Assembly: GCF_009914755.1 (NCBI RefSeq) | Contig: NC_060928.1 | Length of the DNA stretch: 64,000 nucleotides | From: the human T2T-CHM13v2.0 reference genome, Homo sapiens | Strand: one strand, 5' to 3' | Part shown: positions 42,835-58,000 of the stretch, one piece after another | How positions within the stretch are numbered: position 1 is the stretch's first letter | Layout of the letters: every line of letters starts with the position of its first letter | The notes under the pieces: generated by a model | Database searches by the model: none | Seen by the model: the letters and a program-made list of their open reading frames with translations, nothing else | What the model was told of the DNA's origin: nothing | Made by a program: the position numbers and the translations under genes

Positions 42835-43080
42835 TAGAATATATATATATACACATATATATACATATATATATAGAATATATATATAGAATATATATAG
42901 AATATATATATAGAATATATATAGAATATATATATAGAATATATATATAGAATATATATATAGAATATATATATAGAATATATATATAGAATATATATAT
43001 AGAATATATATATAGAATATATATAGAATATATATATAGAATATATATAGAATATATATATATAGAATATATATATATAT
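42835..43080. repeat. TAGAA(TA)n interrupted microsatellite
   Basis: About 18 units of 11-15 bp; explains ORFs 42787-43218 and 42804-43151. Confidence 0.95.
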
Positions 43081-43199
43081 AACCCTACCACTGCCATTCC
43101 AAAACACTGGATACAAAACATAAACATGTAATCTGGATTCCATCTCCTCATTTTTTCTCAAGGCTTTCACTTCTGCATAGTCTCTCTGCTCTGTTAAAA

Positions 43200-44927
<1,728 letters not shown>

Positions 44928-45974
44928 ACCAAGGACACCTTCTAATACTGAGTCTCTATAGCTTCTCATGAGTATGCCTGTAATTTTACAACCTAAAAAT
45001 AAATCACTATAAGGTTTAAATATAGTCTAAGGATTTTATGTATTCTTTAGATATTTTATCATAATTCAAGAAACCAAGTTGTTAGAAATGGCCTTCTGAC
45101 ATATGTGTTTTAATCTTTATCAAATTTCTGTTAATATAGCCTAAGTGAAAGTCTATTTCTCTTTCTTTGTAGTTTATTTCCAAACAGATTTTAGATAAAT
45201 AATATAAAAAAGTGCTATCTTACTAAACAGAAAGATAAGCATCTTTCTTTGGACTGATGATGTTGTCTTGCCATCCCATTCCCAAGAGTGTCCTAAAAAC
45301 CAAGTGAAATTGCTTGCACTTTCTGTTAAGAAGAGTAGGTCAAACAAAGCCAAAATCATTGTCTTGAAAGATATGTTTTGGCACTCAAATGGATAATTGT
45401 GAAAATAGTGTGTTAACTAGGTTTACTCATTTATCTAGTTAGCATGATTGTTGCAACTAACTTAACCAAAATTCTGACTGGGTTAGAATTTGGTTTGTTT
45501 TTGTCAGTGGCATATGGGGGTTGGGAGGACAGTAGGAGATGTCCATTCTGGAAGGGAGGAATCGTTTAACACTGACATTATTTAAAATTCCTTCACATAG
45601 TAATAATAACAAGAAGGGTGAATTCTAGTCAGTTTTGCTGTTGCTTAAAATTCTTTACAAAAAGTACACTGCCTTATTTCACATACAAAAGGCAGACTGC
45701 TCTCAAGATACCTCCCTCCCCTTTCATTGCTAAGGCAGTTTTTTGAATAAGATATTTCTCTCTATATATATCAATGATACATAACATTTGACACACATAA
45801 AATGTATACATATATACATCTTATTAATTGGGTATCCATCAAGAAATTTTCATATAATGCAAGCAAGAACTAATATATCTGAAATAATTACCACAAATCA
45901 TTAATGTTGCTATTCAGAGTTAATAAATCAAGACAGAGGCTTGCTTTCCTGACTATGAAGGACAGGTGTACTGA

Positions 45975-46470
45975 GTATGTGTGAATATATCATATATATT
46001 ACATATCACACTTATAGTTTACATTTTATATAACATAGTATGTGTGAATATATCATATATATTACATATCACACTTATAGTTTACATTTTATATAATATA
46101 GTATGTGTGAATATATCATATATGTTACATATCACACTTATAGTTTACATTTTATATAATATAGTATGTGTGACTATATCATATATATTACATATCACAC
46201 TTATAGTTTACATTTTATATAATATAGTATGTGTGAATATATCATATATAACATATCACACTTATAGTTTACATTTTATATAATATAGTATGTGTGAATA
46301 TATCATATATAACATATCACACTTATAGTTTACATTTTATATAATATAGTAGGTCTGAATATATCATATATATTACATATCATAATTTCAGTTTACATTT
46401 TATATAACATAGTATGTCTGAATATATCATGTATATTATATATCACATATTTTACATTTTATATAATATG
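45975..46470. repeat. 63/61-bp AT-rich minisatellite, about 8 copies
   Basis: Units start at 45975, 46038, 46101, 46164, 46227, 46288, 46349 and 46412 (gtatgtgtgaatatatcatatatattacatatcacacttatagtttacattttatataa(c/t)ata). Confidence 0.96.
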
Positions 46471-46666
46471 TTTCATATATTCACACCATATTATATACAC
46501 CGACAAACCCCTTACTTTTTAAATTTATGTATTTTAGTATATTTCTACAGTACATAGAGAGCTTCCTCATTTTTTGTTAGCTACATAGTATTCTATTTAT
46601 GTTCTATAATTTAATTTATATAACTAATTTCCTATTGGTGAAATATGGATAATTTCCAGACTCTTT

Positions 46667-47454
46667 TTTTTTTTATTATACTTTAAGTTTTAGGGTACAT
46701 GTGCACATTGTGCAGGTTAGTTACATATGTATACATGTGCCATGCTGTTGCGCTGCACCCACTAACTCGACATCTAGCATTAGGTATATCTCCCAATGCT
46801 ATCCCTCCCCCCTCCCCCCACCCCACCACAGTCCCCAGAGTGTGATATTCCCCTTCCTGTGTCCATGTGATCTCATTGTTCAATTCCCACCTATGAGTGA
46901 GAATATGCGGTGTTTGGTTTCTTGTTCTTGCTATAGTTTACTGAGAATGATGGTTTCCAATTTCATCCATGTCCCTACAAAGGACATGAACTCATCATTT
47001 TTATGGCTGCATAGTATTCCATGGTGTATATGTGCCACATTTTCTTAATCCAGTCTATCATTTTTGGACATTTGGGTTGGTTCCAAGTCTTTGCTATTGT
47101 GAATAATGCCGCAATAAACATATGTGTGCATGTGTCTTTATAGCAGCATGATTTATAGTCCTTTGGGTATATACCCAGTAATGGGATGGCTGGGTCAAAT
47201 GGTATTTCTAGTTCTAGATCCCTGAGGAATCACCACACCGACTTCCACAATGGTTGAACTAGTTTACAGTCCCACCAACAGTGTAAAAGTGTTCCTATTT
47301 CTCCACATCCTCTCCAGCACCTGTTGTTTCCTGACTTTTTAATGATTGCCATTCTAACTGGTGTGAGATGGTATCTCATAGTGGTTTTGATTTGCATTTC
47401 TCTGATGGCCAGTGATGATGAGCATTTTTTCATGCATTTTTTGGCTGCATAAAT
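46667..47454 (-). mobile_element. 5'-truncated young L1 (L1PA2-like), about 790 bp
   Basis: 3'UTR diagnostic GAG (minus strand cgagttagtgggtgcagcgc), not the Ta ACA; TSD cagactcttt at 46657-46666 and 47455-47464; TT/AAAG endonuclease site. Confidence 0.93.
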
Positions 47455-49912
47455 CAGACTCTTTAATTATAAAAATACTTCAATGAATAGTCATTTGTGC
47501 AAGTCATTTGTGCACATGTAATTCTAGGATGAATTCCCAGAAAATGGATTAGGTCTAAGGTTATATGTTCTTTTTAATATTGAAGATAAAAATCTAATTT
47601 TATAGTGCAAGTAGAAATTTCAGATTTTTGACCCTGAACTTTAACATCCCAATTTTTAAATATTTTATGACATGGGAATTCTAGAGATTTAGTATAATAC
47701 ATTAAATTGTTCATTTAACAAGCTCTGGAGGTATTTTTCAAATTTTCTGTTCTTTCTTGCATGTATTCCTAAGCCCTAATTGACATCGAGAGTATTTTTT
47801 TCTTTATCCCTTGTTTTTGTAGCAAGAATGCAAGCCAAGAACATACAGCAGATCCTTTAATTTAAAAATAAAATATATTTTTAGCAACAGACTTTGTATG
47901 AAAAGCAGTAGGTCTCAATTGTAGTCATATATTGTAATCACCTGTTGAGCTTTTAAAGAGTATTTTTTTTTTTAATTTCCACCCTTGGCGATTATCATAT
48001 GGGCTTCATGCACTGTCTGCTTTTGTGTTCCAACGTTATTCTTACACATATTCTCATTCGGTAATGATTGATCTTAAATATATGAGAGTTTGAATAGTAC
48101 TATTACAAAAAATCTGCATTTCAGTTCTTAGGCAATGATCACACTTTTAAATTGTCATCAGTGCTGCACAATCTTAACAAGATAATTGAAAATCTAGTTA
48201 AATAACTTAGAGGACACAATAACCATGTAATATATGTTCTAGTCCACTGTAACTCTACTTGACATTGTACATATTTACTGTTATCACATACAATGCGCAG
48301 GGTATTAAAGTTTGAATTTTAGAAGTAACATTAACATATTTTCTGACATGTAGTCTCACATATCTTACATTGTAACGCAGAGCCACGTTAGTTTGCTAGT
48401 AACTATAATTAAATAATGCTAATTCCTAAAATTCTATTTTATGCAGAATTAATAAGTCAAGACATGGACTCACCTTCCTCACTATGAAGGACAGATTAGA
48501 ATAGAATATCATATGTAAAGGGGTTAAGGGATTCCTAAAATAGGTGTCAGTTTAGTTGATAATAGGCAATAAAGCCCAAGGGCAGAGACACAATAATAAT
48601 TTCTAACAAAGATCAGCAGCAAACTGAAGTTAACCTTCAGTTTATAACACAATTTATAACACAAATATCTTTTTTAAAAAAGTCATTAAACGAAGAAAAA
48701 TCAAGTCCTAAATTTTCAGCTAACCTAATTAAAACATTAAATAATGACTTGTCTCATGAGAATGTACTTTGACTTTTGAAAATAGACTTGTATTAAATGG
48801 TTACTTTATATCAACAATATATACTAAAAATAATTTCCAAAATAGATTTAACACTGATAAAATGTTTCCCATATAATGTAATAAAATGCTAACACTAGAA
48901 AACAGAGAGTGGCTTCTAAAGCTACTTTATCTTTTTCTGAAAAGAACCGCTCAATACCCTCCTCCTTAATCTCTAACTCACATTGCCAGAGGGATAGACA
49001 TAATAGTTTGTTTTGAGTGGCACATCTTACAAGAAGTTAAGATACTTGAATCACTGTCAGTGCTTGTGGATAAGAACATCGACTATCTAGCCCCTAAGGT
49101 TAGGCACTTTATGCATGAAGTGATGGGGAGACACTCAAGATGCTTCCTCCAGATCTTTTCTTTATCTTATTCTCTGTTACACTCTTCATGATATCAACTT
49201 AAATGTTGTTAACACTGACAGAATATTCATTTTTGAGATTTAAACTTATGGATGGTATGTTAATAATATATTATTGGCCTTGAATAAGCCAACACATTTC
49301 TACAGGTCCAAAATATTATTTCAGCCTTGTTATGTTTCAGGTATCATTTTGCTTTACTTGAACTTTGCTGGGCACATGATCTGTCTATGTTTAAAAAAAT
49401 GCAATGGAATATTTGAATATAAATTGGAGATATGTGAAACTAAGACAACTGTATTAATCAGATACCACTGAGCATACTGAAGTAACTTGGTTTGGGGAAG
49501 AAATTTTAAATCGTGATATGTCCAATTTTAATCTTTATATTTTCTTGCATGTTTTTACTTTAAGTCACGTTAGTGGGGTTTTCATCGATATTAGTACAAT
49601 CACAAAACAAGAGCCAAGTGAGACCTTAGACTACATATACTGAAATATTCGGATTTGGTAGTCTTGGGAATTTGATATAAACTGGAATAAGATACTCCTG
49701 ATTTTTCACAAAAATAACTTGGTTTTCTGTTCCTTGTCGTCCTTTATCTTTTTTCATCTTTGTTCTTTTAAGAAAGTAACTAGTTTCTACAAACACAACA
49801 ATTAATTTTAAATGTTGATATGTTCAATAGCATGAAATTCATTTATTACATCCATGGCAATCATATAGATGTTTTAGAATAATTATGAATAAAAAGTACA
49901 CACAAATGCTGT

Positions 49913-50230
49913 TTTTTTGTTTGTTTGTTTGTTTGTTTTAGATGGAGTCTTGCTCGGTTGCCCAGGCTGGAGTGTAGAGTGCAGTGGCACGATCTTCGCT
50001 CACTGCACCTTCTGCCTCCTGGGTTTAAGCAATTCTCCTGCCTCAGCCTCCCGAGTAGCTAGGACTACAGGTATGTGCAACCACACCCGGCTAGTTTTTG
50101 TATTTTTAGCATAGAGACAGGGTTTCACCATGTTGGCCGGGCTGGTCTTGAACTCCTGACCCCAAGTGATCCGCCCGCCTCAGCCTCCCAAAGTGCTGGG
50201 ATTACAAGCGTGAGCCACTGTGCCTCGCCT
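49913..50230 (-). mobile_element. Full-length AluS
   Basis: (TTTG)n tail; TSD aaatgctgt at 49904-49912 and 50231-50239. Confidence 0.95.
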
Positions 50231-50629
50231 AAATGCTGTGTATTTAGTGAATATTCTAAAATGCGTTTTGTGCCAAAATCCTTGGAAATATGTAACAAAT
50301 AATATCCACTAGTGTTCACTTTTCAGGATAGTACAGTGTTAGAAAAAATAAGAATAATTATATTCAACATAGAATATCCAACAAATAGTTAGCTATTGAG
50401 TAGCTAAGCAAAACTCCTGTATGAGATAATAATTGATGGCAACAATATCAATAAGAAACCTATTAGTAAAGATAATAATCATAATAATAATTTTATAGTG
50501 TTTACAAATTTATAAAGTGCATTCACCTGTATTACTTATTTGAATTGTTACATGTCCTGAAAAATGCCTTTTTCTATTCCAGTTTGCCTCCAGTTTTGCT
50601 GGTGACAGGGAAGGAATCCGAATTAGGAT

Positions 50630-50750
50630 TGGGAAGATTTCATTTCCCATCCTGGTTCTGCCACTTGGTGGTGGGATCAGGTAGAGTTTAACTTTTCTAT
50701 GAGCCTCAATAATTTGACCCCTAAGATAAAGAACGAGATGACTTCCATTC
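50630..50750 (+). mobile_element. MIR-family fragment
   Basis: atcctggttctgccactt..tttaacttttctatgagcctca core. Confidence 0.5.
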
Positions 50751-50882
50751 TCCTTTCTTATTGTATAATGTCCTGATTTCTTAAAGACTAATTATACTGT
50801 TTTGCGATAAAAGGCTATTTATCTCCTGGTGGCATCCTTTAGTAATCCGTATTATTCATTAGAATCTTTACATCTTTTAGAG

Positions 50883-51100
50883 CAGGGATTGGCAAGCTTT
50901 CTGTAAAGGGCCAGATAGTAAATATTTTCTGCTTTGGGGGCCAAATAGAACCTGTCATAACTGCCAATTCTGCTGTTATACCAGGAAAGCAGCTGTAGAT
51001 GGTAAATACATGAGTGTGGTTGTGTTTCAATAAAATGTTATTTACAAAACAAAATAAATGAAAAAACAAAAAACAAAAAACAGGCAGATAGTCCAAGGTC
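50883..51100. mobile_element. MER58A-like hAT-Charlie MITE
   Basis: cagggattggcaagctttctgtaaagggccagatagtaaatattt..gtgtttcaataaaatgttatttacaaaa. Confidence 0.85.
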
Positions 51101-51866
51101 ACCCTCCCTGTTTTGGAGGAAGAGAATAAGAACAATAGAAGATGACTTTTCAGAACATTCTTCAGAAGTGAAGTTTGGATGAAGGACAGGGAGGAGATAG
51201 TGATAAAGTCAAACTTTGGATAATACTACATATTCTAGTCACTGAATTTTGTGAAATTAGTTAACCTACTTACTAACATTTGCAAAGCTTAAAGAAAAAT
51301 TATAGGTTTTCTATTCGAATATTATGACATAAGCTGTGTATGAATTTTACATAACATATGTTAATGTCGAGTTAGCAGATTTCAGGATAGCCACATTTTT
51401 TCCTTCCAAATATCTCTCTGTCTCTTTCTCTTTTTCTCAGTATATATACAGAAACATAGAGGGTTGGTCCCAAACATGTGGGTTGCTGTGTTGTGGTCTC
51501 CAGCTCTGTGGAGGTCGGCAAGTCCTAAAGGGGAGCGTGGGCAGGGGTGGCAGTTAGACTGGTTTTGGACAATGAGATTCTGACCTCACTGCATTCCTTT
51601 TACTTCCTTTTGCTTCCACCACCACCATTAGTCTCTTTGAAGTCTCGGAGTGGAAGCATCTTTGGGGATCATGACTGCTGTCCAGGATTTCAGTGTGGGA
51701 AGCAGAGGCAGCCTCAGCAGATGGGGCGGGCACCCATGGCCAGCAGGTGTTGACAAGATCTGTCACCTGTAACGTTTTTGGCACAATAACATTAAATGCC
51801 AGTTTCAAAATAATAATAATGAGGATACTAAGAATATATAAGATTACATATATATTATCTGCCTCT

Positions 51867-52155
51867 TTATTTTTTGAGACAGAGTCTCACTCTGTCGCCC
51901 AGGCTGGAGTGCAGTGGCGCTATCTAGGCTCACTGCAACCTCCGCCTCCCGAGTTCACGCCATTCTCCTACTTCAGCCTCCCGAGTAGCTGGGACTACAG
52001 GTGCCTGCCACCGCGCCCAGCTAATTTTTTGTATTTTAATAGAGACGGGGTTTTACCGTGTTAGTCAGGATGGTCTCGATCTCCTGATCTCGTGATCCGC
52101 CCGCCTCGGCCTCCCAAAGTGCTGGGATTACAGGCATGAGCCACAGCGCCCAGCC
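51867..52155 (-). mobile_element. AluY
   Basis: Diagnostics gttcacgccattctcc, accgtgttag.caggatggtctcgatctcctga; TSD tctgcctct. Confidence 0.94.
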
Positions 52156-52299
52156 TATTCTGCCTCTATGTGCATAGAAAGAGAAGAAGAGTCTAATATG
52201 AGTAGTTTTGTGCTGACTTTTGACAATTAAAATGACAGTTTTTATAAGTACACATTTTTCAGAGCTGTTGCTGCTTGTTTAAACTTTTAAAAAATATAT

Positions 52300-52395
52300 T
52301 CTATTTTTTATAGATGGGGTCTTGCTAAGTTTGTCAGGCTGGCTGCTGCCTAAGCTTCCCAAGAGGCTGGGATTACAGTGGCACGCCGCTGCACT
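52300..52395 (-). mobile_element. Degenerate FLAM/AluJ monomer fragment
   Basis: tagatggggtcttgcta..caggctgg..cccaagaggctgggattacag. Confidence 0.6.
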
Positions 52396-53124
52396 TTTTT
52401 TTTCTTTGTAGTTCACTAATAGGTAAAATCCTGTCCATATATATAACTAAAATACTTGTGATTTTCTGAAGCAGATTAAAGTATAAATAGTTTAGGATTC
52501 AACTTATATTTATTTTTAGTCATTTGATTCACCTTAACATAAATGATCCAATAAGTTACTTTTTCTGAATTATAACGAATTTCATTTTTATGAATCGGCC
52601 TTCTTCAATGATTGATATTGTGCTTTTAATCTACGTGATCTTTTCAGAATTTACCAATCTCTGCAGGTTGCAACTAATAAAACCTTTACATTACTAGACT
52701 TATTGAGTCCATTAAAAAAAATGGTACTTGTAAAATTCTGGTAATAGTTTTGTAAGTGGTCCCTGCGTTTAAAGACAAAACAAGTGGGAAACCTCTTGTG
52801 GCGTTTGTTACATTTTCCCTGCTACAATGTATTGCTTATTTCCGTGGAAAGCTTGTCAGGAATATCTGGAAACAAATTAGAAAGTTGCTCACAAAATGAG
52901 GGAACTTATTTTAGGAGTCTTGATAAAATCACATTAAATATAAAAGTATCTTTTATTGAATTTTGTGTTTTGTTTTTACAGAGATTAAATAAAACCCTGG
53001 GCAGTGGCAAAGATTGTTGGGAAGGAGCTGTGTCATAGCCGTATATTTTTCAATGAATATGTTAAAATAATATTTCATGAAATGAACACAGGGGTGCAGA
53101 ATTTTATGATTACCACTTTGGTAT

Positions 53125-53452
<328 letters not shown>

Positions 53453-55049
53453 TGTTATTTTTAATAAAGCAATTGTCATAGCTTGAGTTTTTAAACAGCA
53501 AACTTTTCCCTTAAAAATATATTACTAGAATAACCATAAACTATAAGGACATTTAATCTGTACAATTTTCCCTCATTTTCCATACAGTTATTTCTATAAA
53601 GCATTTTCTAAATTTCTGACTTGAAAAGGTTTTTTTGTAAGAATTTTTTAAATATATAGGAAAATCTGTACTTAATACTCAGATCATTTTTTCTGCTGAT
53701 CACAATTATTTCAAATATATTTTGACAGCTTTAGTTAATACAATGATATATTAAGACTTTTAATCAATATAGATCTTTTAAAATGTTTATTCTCATGAAG
53801 TACCATTAAGTGTAAATTGTCAGGGCATTTAAACATCAGTCATATAAATCACATTAAAGTTGCTACTTAGTCCCTGAATTATTTTGAACACCATTAAATC
53901 TTATTAACATTCCAGTTATATAGTTTTAATATTAATTATTATGGATATTTGTGAGATACCCTGTCAACATAAAGTCATTAGAGATGAATAGCACATGAAT
54001 ATGTTGTACCAAGTATTTATCTGATTGTGTGTGTTTAAAGTCTTGTATGATAAAGATAAAATATAGAAATTGACATTCAACTTTCTAAAAATTAATGTAA
54101 CATTTATTAGAAATAAACTTTTTATTTAGAATTTGGTATCCAAAGATAAGTATGATATGGCTTAAGTGGTAATTTGGAAAAAATGGGTCATGTAATTACA
54201 GGGTCATTTTCATTTTATCATTTTGAGGTTTACCTGTATTATTTATAGGATATATTTAACATGATTTATTACATGATTATACAGATTACATTTAACAAGG
54301 CAATAAAATCATACAATTCAACACTAAGGTGACCTTCACATGAACAGTGTTGCTGAACGAGTTGTTTTTAAAAAATGAGTGTTTTGGTTCTCTTATTTGT
54401 GCCATTAGAATTATTTATATTTTTGTAATAAATTTGATAATGAGACTCAAAACAGCATTTTTCTAATACAGTATATTTTGAAAGAATTGAAATAGTAAAA
54501 GTAGGCTTCCAACTACATTAATGCCAATGCTGTTCCTTGGAAGATTTCTTGATATTATTAAACTGCAATAAACTAAGAGGATTGTTTCTGAATATGCGAC
54601 TAAAGCTTTTTCAATTTTCTTTCTTTCGATAACTGCTTTTTACCCAGTTTTCTTTTTATTTCTCTACATATGTGTATCAAAAGGAGGAAATGCAAATTGC
54701 TTTATTAAAACCCAAGTGAAAGCTCAATTATTGTCCCCATTTTATGCATTTTTTTCTTATGTTCCTTCTTTGTGGAATGTCTTCTCCACTGTCTTCCCAA
54801 TTCTAATTCTCACCTCCTCCATACTTTGTTCTTTTAGGTTACTGCGTCATGCATGTGAATTGCTCTGAAATATCATTAACAATTTTTGTCTGCATTATTA
54901 ATTTTGGCCTTACATTTTACAGTCTTTGACACATAATTGGCTTTTAATAGATATTTATTGAATCAATTGAACTATCTCTAGTGTACAGACTCCTGAATAG
55001 ATTATAAGCTTTGTAAAGAAGGGGACAGGTTTAATTCTGTTTTTACATC

Positions 55050-58000
55050 TCTCATAATATTTCTAATTGTACATTTCAAACCTGCTTTTCAATTCTCATT
55101 TTGTTTACTTCTCTGCAGTGTTGGAGAATTTTAAAACATCCTATAGTTCATGGTATTCTTTGATCTCCTGGATTTGACCATATTGCTTTCTAGACTATTT
55201 TGTTCATGTTTTCCTGGAAGTACTTTAAGTTTTGGTATCCTCAGTGTTTCCAATTTCTAACTTATTCTGTTTTCTTTCTCTTCATTTTTTTCTGGCCAAT
55301 CTTACCTCCTTTTATTACTTAAACCATCATTTTCCCCTGACAAGAATAATAATGAGTAACATTTTAAAAATGCTTTCATGGATCTAGGAAATTTATTTGC
55401 ATTATTTCATCACATTCTTTCCAGACCTAATTTTATAGATTATCTTATTCTATCCATATCGCAAATTAAAAAAAAAAAAAAAGAAGAGGTTGTGTTACTC
55501 ACTCAGAGTCATACAGGTAATTGTGTTGAAGTCAGGTTACAAATACAGATTGCCAGATTATAGATGCTGAGCTTCTAGCCAGTACCCTAGTGTACACTCA
55601 CACAAATCAAGCTCAACTCTTGAAAATAGATATGTTTACAGTTTCATTATGTTTCCTGGTCATTCAATGTTTGCATCATCCATTCAGTTATCCAGGCTAG
55701 AAACCACAGAGGAACCACTATGAAATTTTCTCACCCTCCATAAGCAAATGGTCTTTATGCCTTCTCAGGTTCTACTTCAGAAATATCACTGAGATGAATT
55801 CTCTTCCTATTCTGAGTCCAAACTGTCATTGTCTCTCTTAACTAACTATTGTAATTCAGGCATACTTCAGAGGTATTGCAGGTTCAGTCCCAGAACATGA
55901 AAATACAGCAAATCTGGAAATCAAGTGAGTCTCCCAAATTTTTGTGTTTCTCAGCGTATATAAAAGTTATGCTTACACTGTACTTTAGTCTATTAAGAGT
56001 GTAATAGCATTATGTCTTAAAAATACTAACTTTAATTGAAAATGCTTTATTACTAAAACATGTTAACAATCATACGAGCCTTTAGTGAGTTGTAATCTTT
56101 TTGCTAATGGAGGGTCTTGCCTTGATGATGATGACTGCTGACTGATCATGGTGGTGGTTGCGGAAGGTTAGAGTGGCCGTGGAAATTTCTTAAAATAAGA
56201 CAACAATGAAGTTTTCTTTATTGGTTGACTCTTCCTTTCATTAAAGGTTTCTCTGTAGTGTGCGACACTGTGTGGTAGGATTTTACCCACAAAACTGCTT
56301 TCAAAATTGAAGTCAATCCTCTTAAACCCTGTAGCTGCTTTAATAACTAAGTTTATAACATGTTCCAAATTTTTGTTGTCATTTTGGCAGTGTTCAAAGC
56401 ATCTTTACCATGAGTACATTCCACCTCAAGAAACCCCTTTATTTGCTCATCCATATGAAGCAAGTCCTCATTTTTCATTATATCATGAGATTGCAGCAGT
56501 TCAGTCACATCTTCAGGCTCTACTTCTAATTCTAGTTCTCCTGCTATTTTCACCATACCTGCAGTTCCCTCTGCCATTGAAGTCTTGAACCCCTCAAAGT
56601 CATCTATGAAGACTGGAATTAACTTTTTCCAACTATTGTTAATGTTGACATTTGACCTCCTCCTATGAATCATGAATGTTCTTAGTAACATCTAAAATGG
56701 TAACGTTTTTACTTTTTAAACTTACTTTGCCTAGATCCAGCAGAAAAATCACTATATATGGCAGCTATAGCCTTATGCAAAATGTGTTTCTTAAATATTA
56801 AGACTTGAAAGCCAAAATGACTTCTTAGTTCATGGGCTACAGAATGGATGCTGTATTAGCAGAAATGAAAAAGACATTCCTCTCCCTGTACATTTCCATC
56901 AGAGTTTTTGTACTCTGTTGTACAAAAGTAAATAATAATTTTTTGTACTCTGTTGTACCATCAGTAAATAATAATATTTTGAAAGAAGTATTTTCTTCTG
57001 AGCAGTAGGTCTCGACAGTAGACTTAAAATATTCAGTAAACTATGCTGTAAACAAATGTTCTGTCATGCAGGCTTTGTTCCATTTATAAAACACAAGCAG
57101 AGTAGATTTTGTAGAATTCTTAAGGACTGTAAGGTTTTTGAAATGGCAGATGAGCATTGGCTTCAACTTAAAGCTGCAAGCTGCATTAGCCCCTGACAAG
57201 AGAGTCAGTTTGTCCTTTCAAGATTTGAAGCCAGGCATTGACTTTTCCTAGCTATGAAAGTCCTAGATGGCATCTTCTCCAATATAAAGCTGTTTCATCC
57301 ACATTAAAAAAAATCAGTCATTTAATAACTCCAGCTTCATGAATAAACTTAGTTAAATCTTCTGGATAACTTGCTGCAGCCTCTACATCAGCACTTGCCA
57401 TTTTCCCTCATACTTTTGTGTTACGGATACATCTTCTTTCCTCAACCTCATGAACCAACATCTGCTAGCTTCAAAACTTCTTCCGTAGCTTCCTCACCTC
57501 TCTCAGCCTTCATAAAATTGAAGAGAGTTAGAACTTACTCTAGTTCAGCTTTGACTTAAGGGAATGGCTTGTATGATCTTCTACTCACACCATTAAAACT
57601 TTCTCCGGGTCAATAATAAAACTTTTTTCATACTCTTATCATTCATGTGTTCACTGGAGTAGCACTTTTAATTTCCTTAATTTCCTTCAAAACTTTTCCT
57701 TTTCATTCAGAACTTGGCTTTTTGCTTCAAGCAGTGTAGTTTTCCAGCTATCTCAGCTTCCAACATACCTTCCTCACTAAGCTTAATCATTTCTAGCTTT
57801 TCAAGTTAGAGAAGTCCACCTCTTTCTTTCACTTGAACATGTAGAGGCCATTGCAGAGATATTAGTTGGACTAATTTTAGTATTGTGGTGTCTAAGGGTA
57901 TAGGGAGGCCCGAGGAAGAAGAGAGATGAGAGAATGGACAGTCTGTAGAGCAGTCAGAATACACATTTATCCATTAAGTTTGCTGTCTTATGTGGGTGTG

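Noticed and set aside
45981-46283. 100-aa ORF with 21-aa repeats
   Set aside because: Artefact of a stop-free 63-bp minisatellite unit; non-ATG start
45952-48494. Shared 14-mer actatgaaggacag at 45952 and 48481
   Set aside because: No extended homology and no element bounded by it; probably chance
56168-56691. Domesticated TIGD1-like gene
   Set aside because: Only short frames within a decayed Tigger1; no intact DDE domain ORF
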